Origin: Amphiscolops sp. MND2022
Taxonomy: Eukaryota
Direction of reading: 5' to 3'
DNA length: 64,000 bases
Assembly: GCA_964187785.1 (NCBI GenBank)
Contig: OZ076409.1
Location: 70,062,001-70,126,000, forward strand
How positions within the stretch are numbered: the first letter of the stretch is position 1; the number at the start of each line of letters is the position of its first letter. Under the pieces are notes generated by a model. That model made no database searches. It saw only the letters and a program-made list of their open reading frames with translations, and was not told the DNA's origin. Below, one piece after another: positions 13,167 through 27,211 of the stretch. The translations under genes were made by a program, and so were the position numbers.

Positions 13167-13459
13167 CTGGAATATGTTTGGTGAGAGTAAAACTTGAGTT
13201 TATTTTTTTTTGTTTTCTTGAAACAATTAAAAATCTCAGTTCTAGAGCAGCCTCCTCCTTAGTTAAACGCAATTTACGTCGGATATAACGTCAAAAATTC
13301 AGATAGTATTGAAAAAATTATTGGTGGATATATATTGAGAAAACCTACTATCAGACGAAAAATGAGAACTTTGAACAGCCTCATAGTGCCAAAAACTGTA
13401 AAAGGGGAGACTCTATGGGATTTTTTAGCATCCATTCGAAGGGGGACCCTTTGGAGTTA

Positions 13460-16110
13460 TTATTTTCCGCCCATATTTCATATATGGGAAAGGAAAATAT
13501 TTAAATCATTATTTTCCGCTCATATTTCATATATGGGAAAGGAAAATATTTAAATCAAACGGGTTTTTTTTTACAAAATTTGCCAAGAATTTATTTATAT
13601 TTAACTTAAAGGGTGTTACCCATAGAATTCAACTCACATAAATTTAGCTTCGTGCGATATGTATTTGTAGAGATTTTTGGAGTTTTTTTAAAAAATGACG
13701 AAAATGACCCCTTAATGACAAAATGACCCCGAAAATGACAAAAATTCGCAAATTTCTCAATTTTTTAACGTTTTTATGCAATTTTTGTAATTTGTTTGAT
13801 AAACACCGCCAATTAAAATGTTGAAAACGTTCAACAAGGCACGAATTCATTCTCCAGTAGTCTTCTATGAAGAGATAAAAGCGGTTTTGTATCAGAAAAT
13901 TGACCCCAAAAATGACAAAAATTCCAAAATTTTCCGATTTTTAACAATTTTAAGCAATTTTTGTCAAATTTTTGACATACTTCGGTAATTAAAATGTTGA
14001 GAACGCTCAACATGGCACGCATTTGCTGTCCAGTAGGCTTTTCAGAAAAGATAGTTGCTTTTTTCCAAATGAAAAAGGTCTCAAATTGATACCGAAAATA
14101 AAAAAAAACACAAAACTTTCCATTTTTCAAATTTTTTAATGCATTCTTTGTCAAATTTTCGACAGACTTCGCAGATTAGAATGTTGAGAAGCGTCAGCAA
14201 GGAAAAAGTATTAGTCCATTAGGCTTTTCTGAAGAATTTATTGCAGTTTTCTAAAAGAAAATTATCTCAAATTGGCACAGAAAAAACAATAATTACAAAA
14301 TTTCTCAATTTTCACCGTTTTCATGCATTTATTGTCAATTGTTGATAGACATCGTGAATTAGAATGTCGAAAACGTTAAACAAGGCACGATATTGTTGTC
14401 CAATCGTTTTCTATCAAAAGATAAATGCGGTTTTGTGAGAGAAAATTGACCCAATGAATGACCAAAATTCCAAAATTTCCCGATTTTTAACGATTTATGC
14501 AATTTTTGTGGAATTTTTGTTAGACTTCGTTGATTAGAATAATGAAAACGGTCAAAATGGCCCGTTTTGGCTATCCAGTAGGCTTTTTCCGAAGAGATAA
14601 TTGCTATTTTCGAAATGAAAAAGGTCTCAAATTGACACCGAAAGTGACAAAAAAACCCAATTATTGAGCTGCATAAAAAAGTTTTAAGAATTCAACAATG
14701 TCAACAAGGACTAATTCTGGTATCCAGTAAGCTATTTTGAAGATATAATTGCAATTTTTGGTTGGAATTGGTCTCAAAGCACCCCAAAGTCCATTCAACA
14801 ACAAAAATGCACGTTTTTTGACAAATTGTTCTTCATTTTTGTTCAAACCATGAAAATTTTTGTGGAATAGAACTTCCATTGACCCGAGCGTTGAAACAAA
14901 AGAATATCCATAACGCAATTTAGGGAAAACGTAGGATGAAGTTAGTCGAGTTTACAACAAAGGTGTCAAAAATTCCAATTTTCCTCAATTTTCGACAACA
15001 TAGTCCCAATTTTAGACACTTTCCGAAATCTTACTTCAATCAGAAAACTCATGGGCTCAGGATTGAAACGTTTAGCTACCGGTAGTGTTTCAAAAACATA
15101 TCAGACAAGTTTATTCGCTCAACTTTCAAAAACTATACTTGAAAACGTACACTTCGACCATATTTGTCAAGTATTTAATTTTTGAATAAGCTCCAAGCAA
15201 AAACACTAGATATGGAGAACACCTTCCAAAGGAAACGGTTTCAAGCTATATCGTGGGTTAGAAGGGTGTAAGCATTAAACAACAAATAAACTCGGTGTCC
15301 AGTAGGGCTATTTGTGAAGAGACATCTGTAGATTCATGTTAGAAAAGTTCCTTAAATTGATCCCGAAGTTGTCGGAAATATTTCCAGTATTTGACTTTTT
15401 TGGTGGAACTCTGTGCAAAAGTATATCAACCTGGGAACGCTCAAGTTCCTTAAACTTGCAAATGACCACCCAGTTTCAAGCTTATACCATTTTCTCAGTG
15501 CCAAAAGTAATCCCAGTAAATACTCCTGATACTCGGAAACCACTCTTTTCCCAACAAGATTTTCAAAACGCCTTATTTTTGATTTTTTTTTGGTAAAATC
15601 TTATGAAGGCGGAACAAGTTTCAGCTCACAAACTACCTTTTTTAATGCCGAAGTCAGCTATGAAATCAAGAGGGTACGCTTCGACCAAATGAAAATTTCG
15701 GGAAGAGGTTGATTTTCAACAGTCAATAAGAAACCTCATCAGTTCCACATGATTAAAAGTAACAAAGAGGTCACCCGTAAGACTCGGGAAACTTATTGCC
15801 TTCACGGAAAACCTCAAAAACTGAAAATTGCAAAAAAAAATATTTTTCGAAAATTGTTTTCGAAAAAAATGAAAAATTTCACTCGCTAAGTCGCATAGTG
15901 CCGAAAATACGAAAACTGGCCAACTATCGCAGAAATACTAAAATAAACGTGTTTCCTTCAAAACTGGGCAAAAATGAATCGAAGCTTTCTTTTCTTCGAA
16001 CTTCTTAGCGTGCGTTTTTATAGTGCATTAGGTATTCTTGAGCCTCAAATTTATGTAGGTGTAGAACAGTTCGGGGCGGAAATTATCTCGCTGCTCAGCG
16101 GGCGTCTTGT
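13460..16110 (+). mobile_element. HINE/DINE-like element family B with internal satellite, nested in a family A copy
   Basis: 5' TTATTTTCCGCCC plus local inverted repeat; 3' GGGCGGAAATTA, then CGCTG..CAGCG hairpin, then GTCTTGT. Confidence 0.6.
13700..14800 (+). repeat. ~175-190 bp tandem repeat, about 6 diverged units
   Basis: Recurrent TTAGAATGTTGAAAACGTTCAACAAGGCACGAATT..TCCA(G/A)TAG at ~13813, 13989, 14176, 14359, 14535. Confidence 0.85.
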
Positions 16111-19100
16111 TAGATTATTTAAATAAAAACAGCTTCACAATGCAGAAAAAAAGTTGCCAACTAAAAACGGCAGAGAGTCACTGTAAAATTGCGTTCAAAA
16201 ACCCCGACTTAAATTTCTGTGAATTCTGTTTTCTTAAGGGAAAAACGAAATCAGTAAACTAATCAAAACTTTTTTGCAAGAAACGATTACCAAAGTCACT
16301 TAATTACCTAGTCCATTTTTGATTTTGGGTTTAAAACCCCCTTTTGCCTGATTTCAGCTATATGCAAAGTCTTTTAAATAAATCTCTCCACCAAAAGGTC
16401 TTGAGACTTCATTTTCACCTAGGAAAAACTTTAAGCCTGAAAAGTCCCTGTTTTGGTATTTCATGATAGCTTTTGAGCTACACAAAGTTAGATGTCTAAA
16501 CAAATTATTTATTCATGTGTGATCTTTATGAATCCTAAAACTTTCCTGGAATTTCAATTTTTGGCTAAATGTAAAGAAATTACAGGAACTTTAAATGATC
16601 TATTTCTATCTTTCAACTGTTTTGAATTCCGAAGGTTTCCATTGACTTTTGAATGACCTTCAGAGGTTTCCATTGAACTGCAACGGAGTTTGTTATCTGT
16701 GGGCAGCGGAAACAAAGTTATGTTCATTTTTCACAAAAAACAGCATTTTCTTTCAACGCTGCTTGACAGTTCTACTCTCTAATCTGAATGCCAAGAGTTC
16801 ATTCAGAGGAGCGCATCAAAGAAATACTCTTCAGATCACCCAGACGTGCAGAGAGGTACCTTGTGTTATCAATTTACAACCGTGGTTGTTTTGTTCCCTT
16901 GTAAACTGCTCAACATCCGCAGAAGGTGCCTAGATGGTTGATAAGTCGATGGAAGCATTTTGAAAACACAAAACCATACACACTATGTTTGTAGCTGTAT
17001 CTGTTGAGTTCTGGACTGTTCAAATTCTTGACCTCGTCTCAGGAAAATTTAATCTTTTGAAGTTCCTGCCACGAAGAAATTTTTTCCTTTTGAAGACCTA
17101 TCTTTGAAAGACCTTTGAAAGAATGTACCGTCAAATATGGTCGTATGCTTTAAATGCAAGAAACCTCAACAATCGTTTGAAGGAATTCGTTTTGTTTCTT
17201 CAAAATGTAAGGTTATGGAAGAAGTCTTGCAAAGCTGTATGATTATTGCAACATTGGAAACATTTTTTTGATGATTTTTTTTCGCGGAAAGTGCAAATAT
17301 GGAACTCTTGAGAGTGACATGCCAAACGCCTCTTTCGTCAGTCAAAACTTTAATGTTTTCTATTTAATGACATCTGCTTGAAAATAATTAGCGTTTGGAA
17401 ACATCCGTCCTTTTATTGAAAGTAACCTTCTCCATTCTAAATTGAAGTTACGCATGAACAAAAAATTAGAATCTGGATTTGGAAGTATCAACTTTGAGCC
17501 AACTGAAACATCATGAAGTTCTCAATTAAAAACATGGCACGGGGTAAAACATGGAGCGTGGAATCCATCTCTCACTGAAACAATCATTCTTCGCGTGTGT
17601 TCGAAGAAAAACCGTTTCAAACATTTTGTTGTCTCGAAGCTACCGATGGTAATTCTTTTGTTCATCGCCCCACCTATAACTAAAGCGGTACCCGGTCTTT
17701 GTTCTCACAATGCTAGAAAAAGAGGAGAAAGATCGTTTGATCATTTTTGCTTGGAATTTCTTCGAGCATTGATATGTATTCACGAAAAATAATGAAAGGA
17801 AGTGATTTCAGCTAAATCATCAAATACATTCGTGAAATCTGCAAGGGATTTTTGAAATTGACTTTGGACGTATTTTAAAAAAGCAGCAGATGAATGAAAC
17901 GCACGAAAAAAATGACAATCATACGGTTTTTTCGATGAGCGCGGAAGCGAGACTTTTTTCTGAAATGTATGATTTCCGAACCCACCAAGATAGTGTGTTA
18001 TTTTGAAAATTGACAAGACTATATAAGAGAAAGCATATTACGGAATTTTCAAACTAGAAACGACATGAACACGTCGAAGATTCTTTGCTTTAAAATTATG
18101 AAAGGCATAAATTGATAGAACTCATTTTTGAATGCTTGATTTCATTTTCAAAATCTTTTGATTGACGTGTGTTGCTCACTTTTTTGGTTTTTACATTTGT
18201 TTCATCAAGCAAAATGGTCAAACAAGAACATTCCAGTAAAATGCAAGAAAAAACACCAATCGCAGAAATAAAATTGGGTATATCAAACGTTTTTCTTTCG
18301 TTTTTTAAAAATTCACTACCTCTTCCAGAATATATTTTTTGTGTCTGCTGTTCTAAAAATGAAATGCATGAAAATAATTTTGAACACTTCTCACGGTGGT
18401 AAATACAATCCCTTTTTCATCTTTGCATTCGAAGTTCACGTATAATTCAGGTGGAAACTGAAAACAATGGACATACAGTTAAAGAATGCAGTTTTAAAGC
18501 CGAATAAAGAATTATATGAAAAACTATCCTTCATGTAAATTGTCTTCGGGGAATATAGTAGATCAATTTACTATGCATGTAAGAAATACGTGACCAATGA
18601 TGACGAATTGGGCTGTTATACAATCAAATTTTCTCCTCGCTATTTCCTTTTCTTCTGGTTACCAATTTCTCTACTTTTGATGTTCTTACAACAGCGGAAT
18701 TTACAAATGGCGAGATGGTTGAATCAAAGGGAAAATGAAAATATTCCTCAGGCATCTCAACCAATAAAAATTCACTGTTCAAATTACGTCATTTTCAGAG
18801 GTTGCACTTGATGGGTTGAAAATAATTTTGCCTTACATTTTTTCTCTTTTCGTTCATTCAATTTATCTGCAAAAATTCGTTTCGTTGTATTATTCAACAA
18901 CTATTGCAATGGAATTAAAAATTTGTATATTATAGTGGTTTGAAAAATTGTCTAATAGATTTTTCCATAAATTTAAGGATTTTTACCACATTTATATTAT
19001 GTCTTTTAGATAGTTTATTCGTCTTATAGTAATTCTAGAGCTAGTATTAATGAGCTTGTGTCAACAAGAATTACGACAGATGACATAATAGCACTTATCA

Positions 19101-19190
19101 GGTAAACTCAATTTATTTATTTCAGCGTGATCTTGAAAAAACATTACCAGGAAAAATATAGGGATGAAGAACACGCTTAAGGCTCAACTG

Positions 19191-19266
19191 TGGTGAGTTC
19201 AGAGAGATTCGAACCTGATACCGCCCTTGTACAGGCCGAATGCTCTAACTACTTCACCATGCTCCC
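19191..19266 (-). pseudogene. tRNA pseudogene-like sequence ending in genomic CCA
   Basis: 76 nt GGGAGCATGGTGAAGTAG...GGTTCGAATCTCTCTGAACTCACCA; B-box present; stems degenerate. Confidence 0.5.
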
Positions 19267-19883
19267 TTTAATTGAAACAAGAAGCACATCGGCAAATATT
19301 GCGGTAAAAATTCTCCACGCCGTTTACACCCTGGTTTTGGAAACTGCTTGACTTTGTTACAAGTTTTTGTAAGTTGCCAGGCTAGTTTATCATTTGTAGG
19401 AAACTTCAATGCATTGAGTTTAGACTGATTCGATTGGATTTTATCAAGCTCCCAAGAGCTCCCTGAAATCAAACATCACACGTTTGGCAGCAACTGGAAA
19501 TAATGAAGTTTTACAAGCAATACATACAAATGCAATAGTTCTGTTTTTAAATGCAGCTGAGAACTTATCATTTTTATCGCCATGTTAAGGCAAAGCAACT
19601 TAAGTCACTTTATAGATTACAAACTTGCGTCATATTCAATAACAGCAATTACATAAGTTGAATAAGAAAAAAAATGCAGTGTGATAACAAAGTAGTCGAG
19701 ACAGTGGAGAAGGAAATATTTTCAGTTCTACATAAAATAGCGGAAGCTGCGTTGTAATTGTAAAACTGCTCCCGCAATTTCCTCATGTTTTGTTTTCAAA
19801 AATTAGTCTTGCTTGTATGGAAGCAGCATTCAAAAATATCTCAGCAGATTCATTTAGGGTAGAAAACACAGAGTAATATTCAA

Positions 19884-20442
19884 ACAAGCCGGGACCGGCC
19901 CAAGTCGGCGCCATATCCAATTCTCAAAAATAGCAAAAAGACTTCCAAGTGTCAAGTACTCTTTTACAGTACTCGAAAATCGAAATTTTTTGAAAAAAAA
20001 TTTTTCGAAAAAATTACATACTCAAAAAAAATGGACCGAGTGGCGCGCCGGGGCTCGCTAGCGCGAGCCCCTGGCGCGCTAAAGTCTCACAATGCCGAAA
20101 AACTGAAAGGGTGGACCCTTTGAGGTTTTTCAACATCCATTCTGTCGCAAAACATGAAAAAAAATGCAGGGGGGACCCTTTGAGGAAAAATTTTTTTTCG
20201 AAAAAAAAGTCTCGCAGTGCCGAAAAAAAATGAAAGGGGGGAGTCTTTGGTCTCGCCCGGTATGGTATGTTACGCGGAAAAACAGGAAAAACTTTTTTGG
20301 TTCAGTTCGCTAAACCAAATAGTGCATTTTGATGCAATAATATTTTGCAGAACTTTTGTAGAACTATTTTGGTCAGTTCGTGTGGATAGAAAAAAAAGAG
20401 TCACTATAATAGTCGCGTTTCACTTCATGAAGCGCCGACTAA
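19884..20442 (-). mobile_element. HINE/DINE-like element family A copy
   Basis: ACAAG, GCCGGGACCGGC hairpin, AGTCGGCGC at one end; GCGCCGACT plus A-run at the other. Confidence 0.7.
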
Positions 20443-21675
20443 AAAAACTTCAATAATTTGGTCATTGCTTGTTTTCACAACACGTTTTATCAGGAAACGG
20501 CGTTATTCTATTTCTTTTTCGAACGATACAAAATATCGAAACAACACAGTTCGAACATGAAGTTTGTTCGCTGTATTAGAACCCTGTTTTATTTCTTCCA
20601 ATTTGAAAACTTGTCAAGTTGTTCCTGAGGGGGGACCTTTCAACCTTGGAAACGCTTTGAAAAAAACACCAAAAATACCAACGGGGTAATTTTGAACTGA
20701 ATAAAAAGAATTCGAAGAAGATCCACCATTCCATAAAAACCTAAAAAGGGAACCCTTAAGGATCGACAAAGGTTTTAATTTGCAAGTTTTCGATTTAAGG
20801 GGGGAAAATACCTCTGTTCTTGTGTAGCTTTGCAAACCTGAAGAAGTTAAGTTTTGCCCGGGATTTCAACACCTGCATTCTTTCTTCGAAGCCAAATGGC
20901 GGGCCAAGACTATATTCAGTAGCTTCCTGCAGAAATTGTTTTACAAAAATTGTAAACACACCGGGAACGTCTAAAGTCGACGCTTCGCTTCAGGCTCCGT
21001 AGGCTCTCAAAGTCTCTTTAAAATGCTCATAGTAGCTTTTGGGAAATTTGATAACATTCAGAGTGGCAAAATATCTGAAGTCGCAACCTGTGGCCTCGAA
21101 AAACGCTTAAATTTTAATGAAAACATCAAAAAACCCAAATTGATAGAAAAACATTCAAAAAGAAGTCGCACAGTGCCAACAAAACTTGAAGGAGGGACTC
21201 TTTGACAGGTCAAGGGTTCGCAAACAAAGATATGTAGTCATAGGAAGACGTCGAACCGACAGTCGTCTTCTTAGGACGCTCTTACTGGCTGCGTCAACAA
21301 ACTTGTGGTCTAAACTTTGTCGACAAGTGGACCATTCGCATACGTTCTATGGTCTTCCAAAGAACTAGTAACTGTAATTCTATGAAATTCGCCGTCTAAA
21401 AACGGTGAAATCGAGGTTTTTCCTCTTAATAAGAAAACGAACAGTCACAAATGCTAGTCCATCAAGGGCGCTGAAGCAAGAACCCAAAATGACGTGATGC
21501 TATCGTGTTCAGTCGGGGCTATTTGAAACATGGAAGGACTAATATAAAAGTTTTTCGTCGATTTCCGTCGATTTTTTCTGGAATACGTTTTTTTTTCAGT
21601 CAGCTGAAACAAATGCTACGAGTTTGTTTTCGCCTGAGTTCCAAGGAGGCCCAAAAGGGTTCAGATGGTCCGTGT

Positions 21676-22084
21676 ACAGACAAAAGCGCCCCAGACAAAA
21701 ACGCCCCAGTCAAAAGCGCCCATTTTACACAGTCATAAGCGCCCCAAGACAAAGCACCTAGCTCATTTTTGAACTGATTTCATTGCCTCTAATTAAATCT
21801 TACTGAAGGTGTCAAAACAAGATAATAGTTCACTGGTAATTCCATGTTTAACATTTTCACAATTCCAAGAGAGATAGACTTAATTTGTTAATTTTGGCAT
21901 TTCTGTCAACAAAAAATTAAATTCTTAAAGAAGAAATTAATCAATACAATAGTTGTAGAATGGAAAACTCATAATTGTTTAATTGGAGTGAAGAACTTAA
22001 AGTCGGTGGCGGTTACTGACGGTTAAGAGTCAGTAAATATCATGATTGGGGCGCTTTTGACTGGGGCGCTTTTGTCTGGTAACC
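21676..22084. mobile_element. MITE whose TIRs are built of 15-bp CAG(A/T)CAAAAGCGCCC units
   Basis: Three units at 21677-21722 and an inverted pair TGGGGCGCTTTTGACTGGGGCGCTTTTGTCTG at 22047-22078; TSD not clear. Confidence 0.75.
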
Positions 22085-22254
22085 AGTGTTCCCTTTCATC
22101 ATTTTTGAAATTATTCGCAACTGAGTTACAATGCCATGTGAGACTAAGGGATCCCTCTGAAGGCGCCGACTTATTCAAGTTTCTGTTTGTTATTTTTTAA
22201 ACACACTTTGAAACCACAGTATCAACCCGACCATTGCTTGGCCACTTGGTTGTA

Positions 22255-24022
22255 ATTGAAGTTTTGAAGTTTTATTTTTCTTGAACGTATGCATATTACA
22301 ATATGACAATTATAAAAAAAATAAAGTAACAAAAACGTCCAAGCAGGACAGAAAAAGAGCATAATAAGCTCTTCGAGTTTCTGCCCTGGACATTAGAGAA
22401 CCAAATTCAGACCAACTCAAACTGATTCATTTATTATTCACAATCACCACTAAGTTTACACGAAAAAAAATCATCTTTTATTCTTTAGTTAATGCTTTAG
22501 ATCCAGCTGTATCTCAAGAACAGCGACCAACTTTTTCATCGGAAGAATATTGCAAAAAGGTCACTACTATCTGTTATATAAAGCCTATTTAGGTCTTTCA
22601 GGTAAGTTTTGATTTGCGCCTGTGACATGGTTTCGATACCAACAGGTATTAAGTTCAATTTCAGCAACCAATTATATCCTCTGATTAGTGTATGTTCAAC
22701 CGATTTTGATTTACTTTTTGTTCGGCTATAGGGTATTGGCAAGATACCTTTTTTCGATCCTCTCGTTTTTTGATGTTTCGTTTCAGCAACCAGCTTTGAA
22801 AATTTCGTTGTTCCATTAGATCTCAGTTGATTAAAGATTTCTCGGGAAACATCCAAAATGAACAATTCAAAAACTGTTAGGAGCTTGGTTTGCCGCAGAA
22901 TATCTTGTAAACTGTCATACTTTTTTTGAATAGAATAGCTCTAATAATTCGCCCTTGTGCCATTTCATTTTTTTCAAGGTTTGTTCTCGCTGCGCTCCCA
23001 TAAATCAATAGGCCATAGCAAATTACACTCCTAGCATACGCATTGTAAAACGACATTAAACATTTTATTGGATAAATATCTCGAACTCTATAGATCAGGC
23101 TGCAAAATTTATTGAGTTTTTTTACTACGTGATTAATATGGTCTCTGAAAGTTAATTTAGAGTCTATGTACACACCCAAATACTTACAACATGTTTCGTG
23201 AAATAACTTCGTTATGAACAGTTAGCGAATTTTGGTAGTTGCTACCAAAAGACATAGTCTCACATTTTGTGGTGTTGATAGACAATTTATTGTAATTGAA
23301 CCAATCACAAATTTTATCTAAGTCATTTTGCATGTTACAACTCCCTTTTGCAGTTTTAAGGATGGATGTGTCATCTGCGAAAAGAGCAATTTTATTATCA
23401 TTTTGAAAGATCTGTGGAAAGTCATTGATATATACCAGGAACAAAAAGGGACCGAGAACTGACCCTTGGGGATTTCCCGTAACAATTTCAGCAACATCAC
23501 TCCGATTCCCATTCACAAATACATACTGTGATCTGTTCGAAAGATAGTCAACCATTATATTATATATGGGGCCTCTGAATCCATAATTATTCAGTTTTGC
23601 TAACAGTATTTTATGATCTAGCGAGTCAAAAGCTTTCTGTAGAACAATAAAACAGGCTATTCCATATGTTTTTTTATCAATTTCATCTCTTATGAAGTCA
23701 GTTATTTCGGCAATTGCATTAGCGCATGAATATTTTGGTCTGAAACCATACTGCGCTGGGGTAAAGAGATTGTTTTTGTTAAAAAACTTGACCATTCGCT
23801 TGTACAAAACTTTCTCAAAAACTTTACTAAGGGAGCTCAGAAGACTTATTGGACGGTAGTTACATGGTAGACTTTCGTCACCCTTTTTGAATAAAGGTAA
23901 CACCTTGGCAATTTTCAGACATCCAGGAAAAAACTGTTTTTCAATGTAGTAGTTAAAACTTCCCACCAATTATTTTTCAATTATTGGTGAACAACATTTT
24001 AAAATTTCGTTACTGATGCGAG
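22255..24022 (-). mobile_element. 5'-truncated LINE (CR1/L2/Jockey-type RT), frameshifted
   Basis: RT motifs NYRPISLL, QYGFR, KAFD, PQGSVLGP, FADDT, YLG; 3' tail (AAACTTC)2; 17-bp TSD TTGGCCACTTGGTTGTA at 22238-22254 and 24023-24039. Confidence 0.92.
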
Positions 24023-24219
24023 TTGGCCACTTGGTTGTATAATATTATATACAAAAAAGTGTAAATACAAGTTCAAGCTCTTGTGATCTTCCAATGGTAT
24101 ACAGAATCAGTAATTGAGATCAAAATAATTTTGTCATAAAGGGATGCTTTCCTGGGAAAGTATTTAGAAGCAACTGAAAAGTCCAAAAAATGTTGTCAGA
24201 GAACTGATCACTTTCTCTT

Positions 24220-24584
24220 TTTAGTCGGCGCTTTTCTTGGAAAGAGTCGACTATAGTCATGGCTTTTCGTCAGTGTTTTTTTTTCGATACACCTGAAGTG
24301 ACCAAAATAGTTCTACAAGTTCTACAAAATTTCATAGTGTCAAATTGAACCATTTGGCCCAGCGAATATAATCAAGAAGGTTTTTTCCTTTTTTTTCCGC
24401 GTAACATACAATACCGGGCGATACTAAAGGGTTCCCACCTTTTGAGTTTTTTCGGCATCGGTGGACTTTTTTTTCAATTTCATCGAATGGTCCCCAATTG
24501 ACAAATACTTTGGCACTTTTGGCAAGTCCTTTTGCTATTTTTGAGCCTTGGATATGGCGCCGACTTGGGCTGGTCCTGGCTTGT
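24220..24584 (+). mobile_element. HINE/DINE-like family A copy
   Basis: TTTTTAGTCGGCGC...GCGCCGACTTGGGCTGGTCCTGGCTTGT. Confidence 0.7.
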
Positions 24585-24611
24585 TTCTTTTATCTACCAA
24601 TCTGAGACTCA

Positions 24612-24699
24612 CTTTTACTGTTGACCTTATTTAGCTACTTGATTGTGAACCATAAGGTTTTACTGTTGACCTTATTTAGCTACTTGATTGTAAACCATG
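24612..24699 (+). repeat. Tandem duplication of ~46 bp
   Basis: TTTTACTGTTGACCTTATTTAGCTACTTGATTGT(G/A)AACCAT twice. Confidence 0.9.
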
Positions 24700-26560
24700 A
24701 TTAAAATGTCATTGCTCTAAATGCATGAATGTAATGTCTCAGTGTAGTCCCATGCACTCGTGATAATTTTCCAGGATCGAATGGTTGACTTGAAAAATGA
24801 TTGAAAGAATAAAACGTACACAATAAAACGTAATTCATTCCAAGTAATTTTGACATTTTATTAGTCTTAACACTAATTGTCTAGAACCCCGTAGATAATA
24901 GTTTCTTTTCGCAAAAATTCATCATTGAGCCCGTCGGTCACTATAAAAAACGAAACCAATTGAGAAAAAAGTTGACGTCGTTGAGAAGTAATTTCAAGGA
25001 CGCGAATTGAATGAAATGAAAAAATGAAGCAAAAATTAAATTCGTATTAAAATAACTTAATACAAACACAAAACAAGGTTAATTTGAAGCCTAATTGCAG
25101 AGGAAAACATTTTCATTGTTTTTGTTTTTGTGTTGAAAAACATTCTATCTAAACAAAAAGACGTTGTATCCTAACTGCTAGAATTCGAAAACATTTTAAC
25201 GGACAATGATGCAAGTGATTGATAATCATCGAAGCAATTATCGTTCAAAAATAAAAGCAAGAAATCTGAATACTTTATAACCCAATGCCATATTTGCGCA
25301 AAACTAGAATGTTTTTACGCTATAAACGTTCTCTTTGGAAGATTTTGTTTTAATTTGGAGATATTGCAATTCCGACCTTGGTAAGGTTCGAACCCACGTT
25401 CTGCAGCCTAGCAGCCCATGCAACTAAACCATTGAAATACTGATCGTCAATCTTAACATCCCAGCTGGTTGTCCAATTAGCACAAATGACGAATCATCTT
25501 TAAACTAAAACGCTTCATTTTCAAAGCAAAAAAAAATGTTTAGAAAAGAATTGAAGATTCAGTGGCACAAACTATGGAGTGCAGTTATGATTTTCGACTG
25601 CTAAGTGACTTGAAATGGCTAACTTGACTGTCAAAACTCATGAAAGATAATGAATCCTACAGTTTTACATTGATTGTTTCAAAAGCATTTAGTTACTTGT
25701 TTCATTTTTCAGGAGTGAATTCCAGGTTTTTGAAATGTGGTGATTGGTTAAGATCATATTTTCGCGTTAATGCATGTTGATGCTGACACTCTAAGGTTGG
25801 ACTGAGATGTCTGAAATTTCTGTATTCCTCTATTTCTCGAAGTTTGTCGAGCTTTCAGAAGCTGGTGCTGAATGCGCTTTCTAAAATTTTCTGTGTCGGT
25901 GATATCTTTTTTATCCTTTTTCCCAAGTAGAACTTCCGAGCACAGCCATTGTGCATATTCTTTTGTTCCTTTCCAGGTGTGGTAAGATTTCTAAAAGCAG
26001 CTTCTACTGGATAATCGCGATCGATAATTAAATGATACACTCAAGAAAATATAAATTCCAAGTTTTTGTTCTCAGTTATTCATGTTTCTCCAAGAAGTGT
26101 ATGAAAAACGCAGAAAACTCCACTGTACACAACAATTGTCGACGTGGTCAAGCAACTGAACTTGTTGCTTGTAAGTGTCTTGCAACCAGCGGTTTTCGAG
26201 ATACTGCTGCATAATAAAGTTGAAAAAACTGCTATTTTCCGGAAATTGTTTGGTGTCATTAATTCAGCAAAATTCATTCGATTTCAAAACAAAAACTACC
26301 ATTCGATATTATTGTCCAAAATAACAAAAATACAGGCTTGGAACAAACTAAAATTGTTTAAAAAGTCAGCTATTTCCGCGATAAAATCCAATGAGCAACT
26401 TTTAACTGGCGGACAATGTAAAAGATAGGATTATGTCGACATCAATTATTTTATTGGACCAAAATTTCAGTGCAAACGATGTCGACATAATGGAATTTGA
26501 ACCTTGTGTTTCACCCCCCCCCCTAACTGCCGCTTGGGGGGAATAAGACACATGATCCAA

Positions 26561-26915
26561 TTTTTAGTCGGCGCTTTTCGTAGAAAAACACAGACTATAG
26601 TAGTGACTTCTTTTTTTAAGACCAACGAAGTGACGGATTTTATAAGCTTTATAAGCTGACTTGAACTAACACTAAATGCCACACTTCTTCTACTGGCACT
26701 TGAGATAGAGGTTAATTAGGCTTTTTTTAGGTCCCCTTTTACATTTTTCGGCACTATGCGACTTACAGGGGACCAAAAAATTTTTTTAAAAAATTCATTT
26801 TTTTTCAATTTTTTCCCCATGGGGGTACTGTAGAAGAGAATTCTTGACACTTTGAAGTCCTTTCGCTATTTTTGAGGTTTAGATATGACGCAGATTTGGG
26901 CCGTTCACGGCTTGT
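26561..26915 (+). mobile_element. HINE/DINE-like family A copy
   Basis: TTTTTAGTCGGCGC start; ends GGGCCGTTCACGGCTTGT. Confidence 0.65.
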
Positions 26916-27211
26916 TTTACTGTCTTCTGCGACCAATTTTGCGACCATGTATCTTTTTATAGATACTTGATTTTATTGACATTTTTAAGAGTACAGTGAC
27001 AATTGCTCTATTAGAAGGTTTCCTAAATCATGTAAATGTTTTTGAAATTTTTAGATTTTCATACCTATTTGTCATTTTTGGTTATTTTATCAAAACTCAA
27101 AAATGCGTGTTGTAAAAGCGTGCCAATGTTTTTTTTCAATTTCATCTTTGAATATTTGAAACCTGTGGCTGGGATTTTGAATCGCTCAAAACGTTGGAAA
27201 AAATTACAGTA

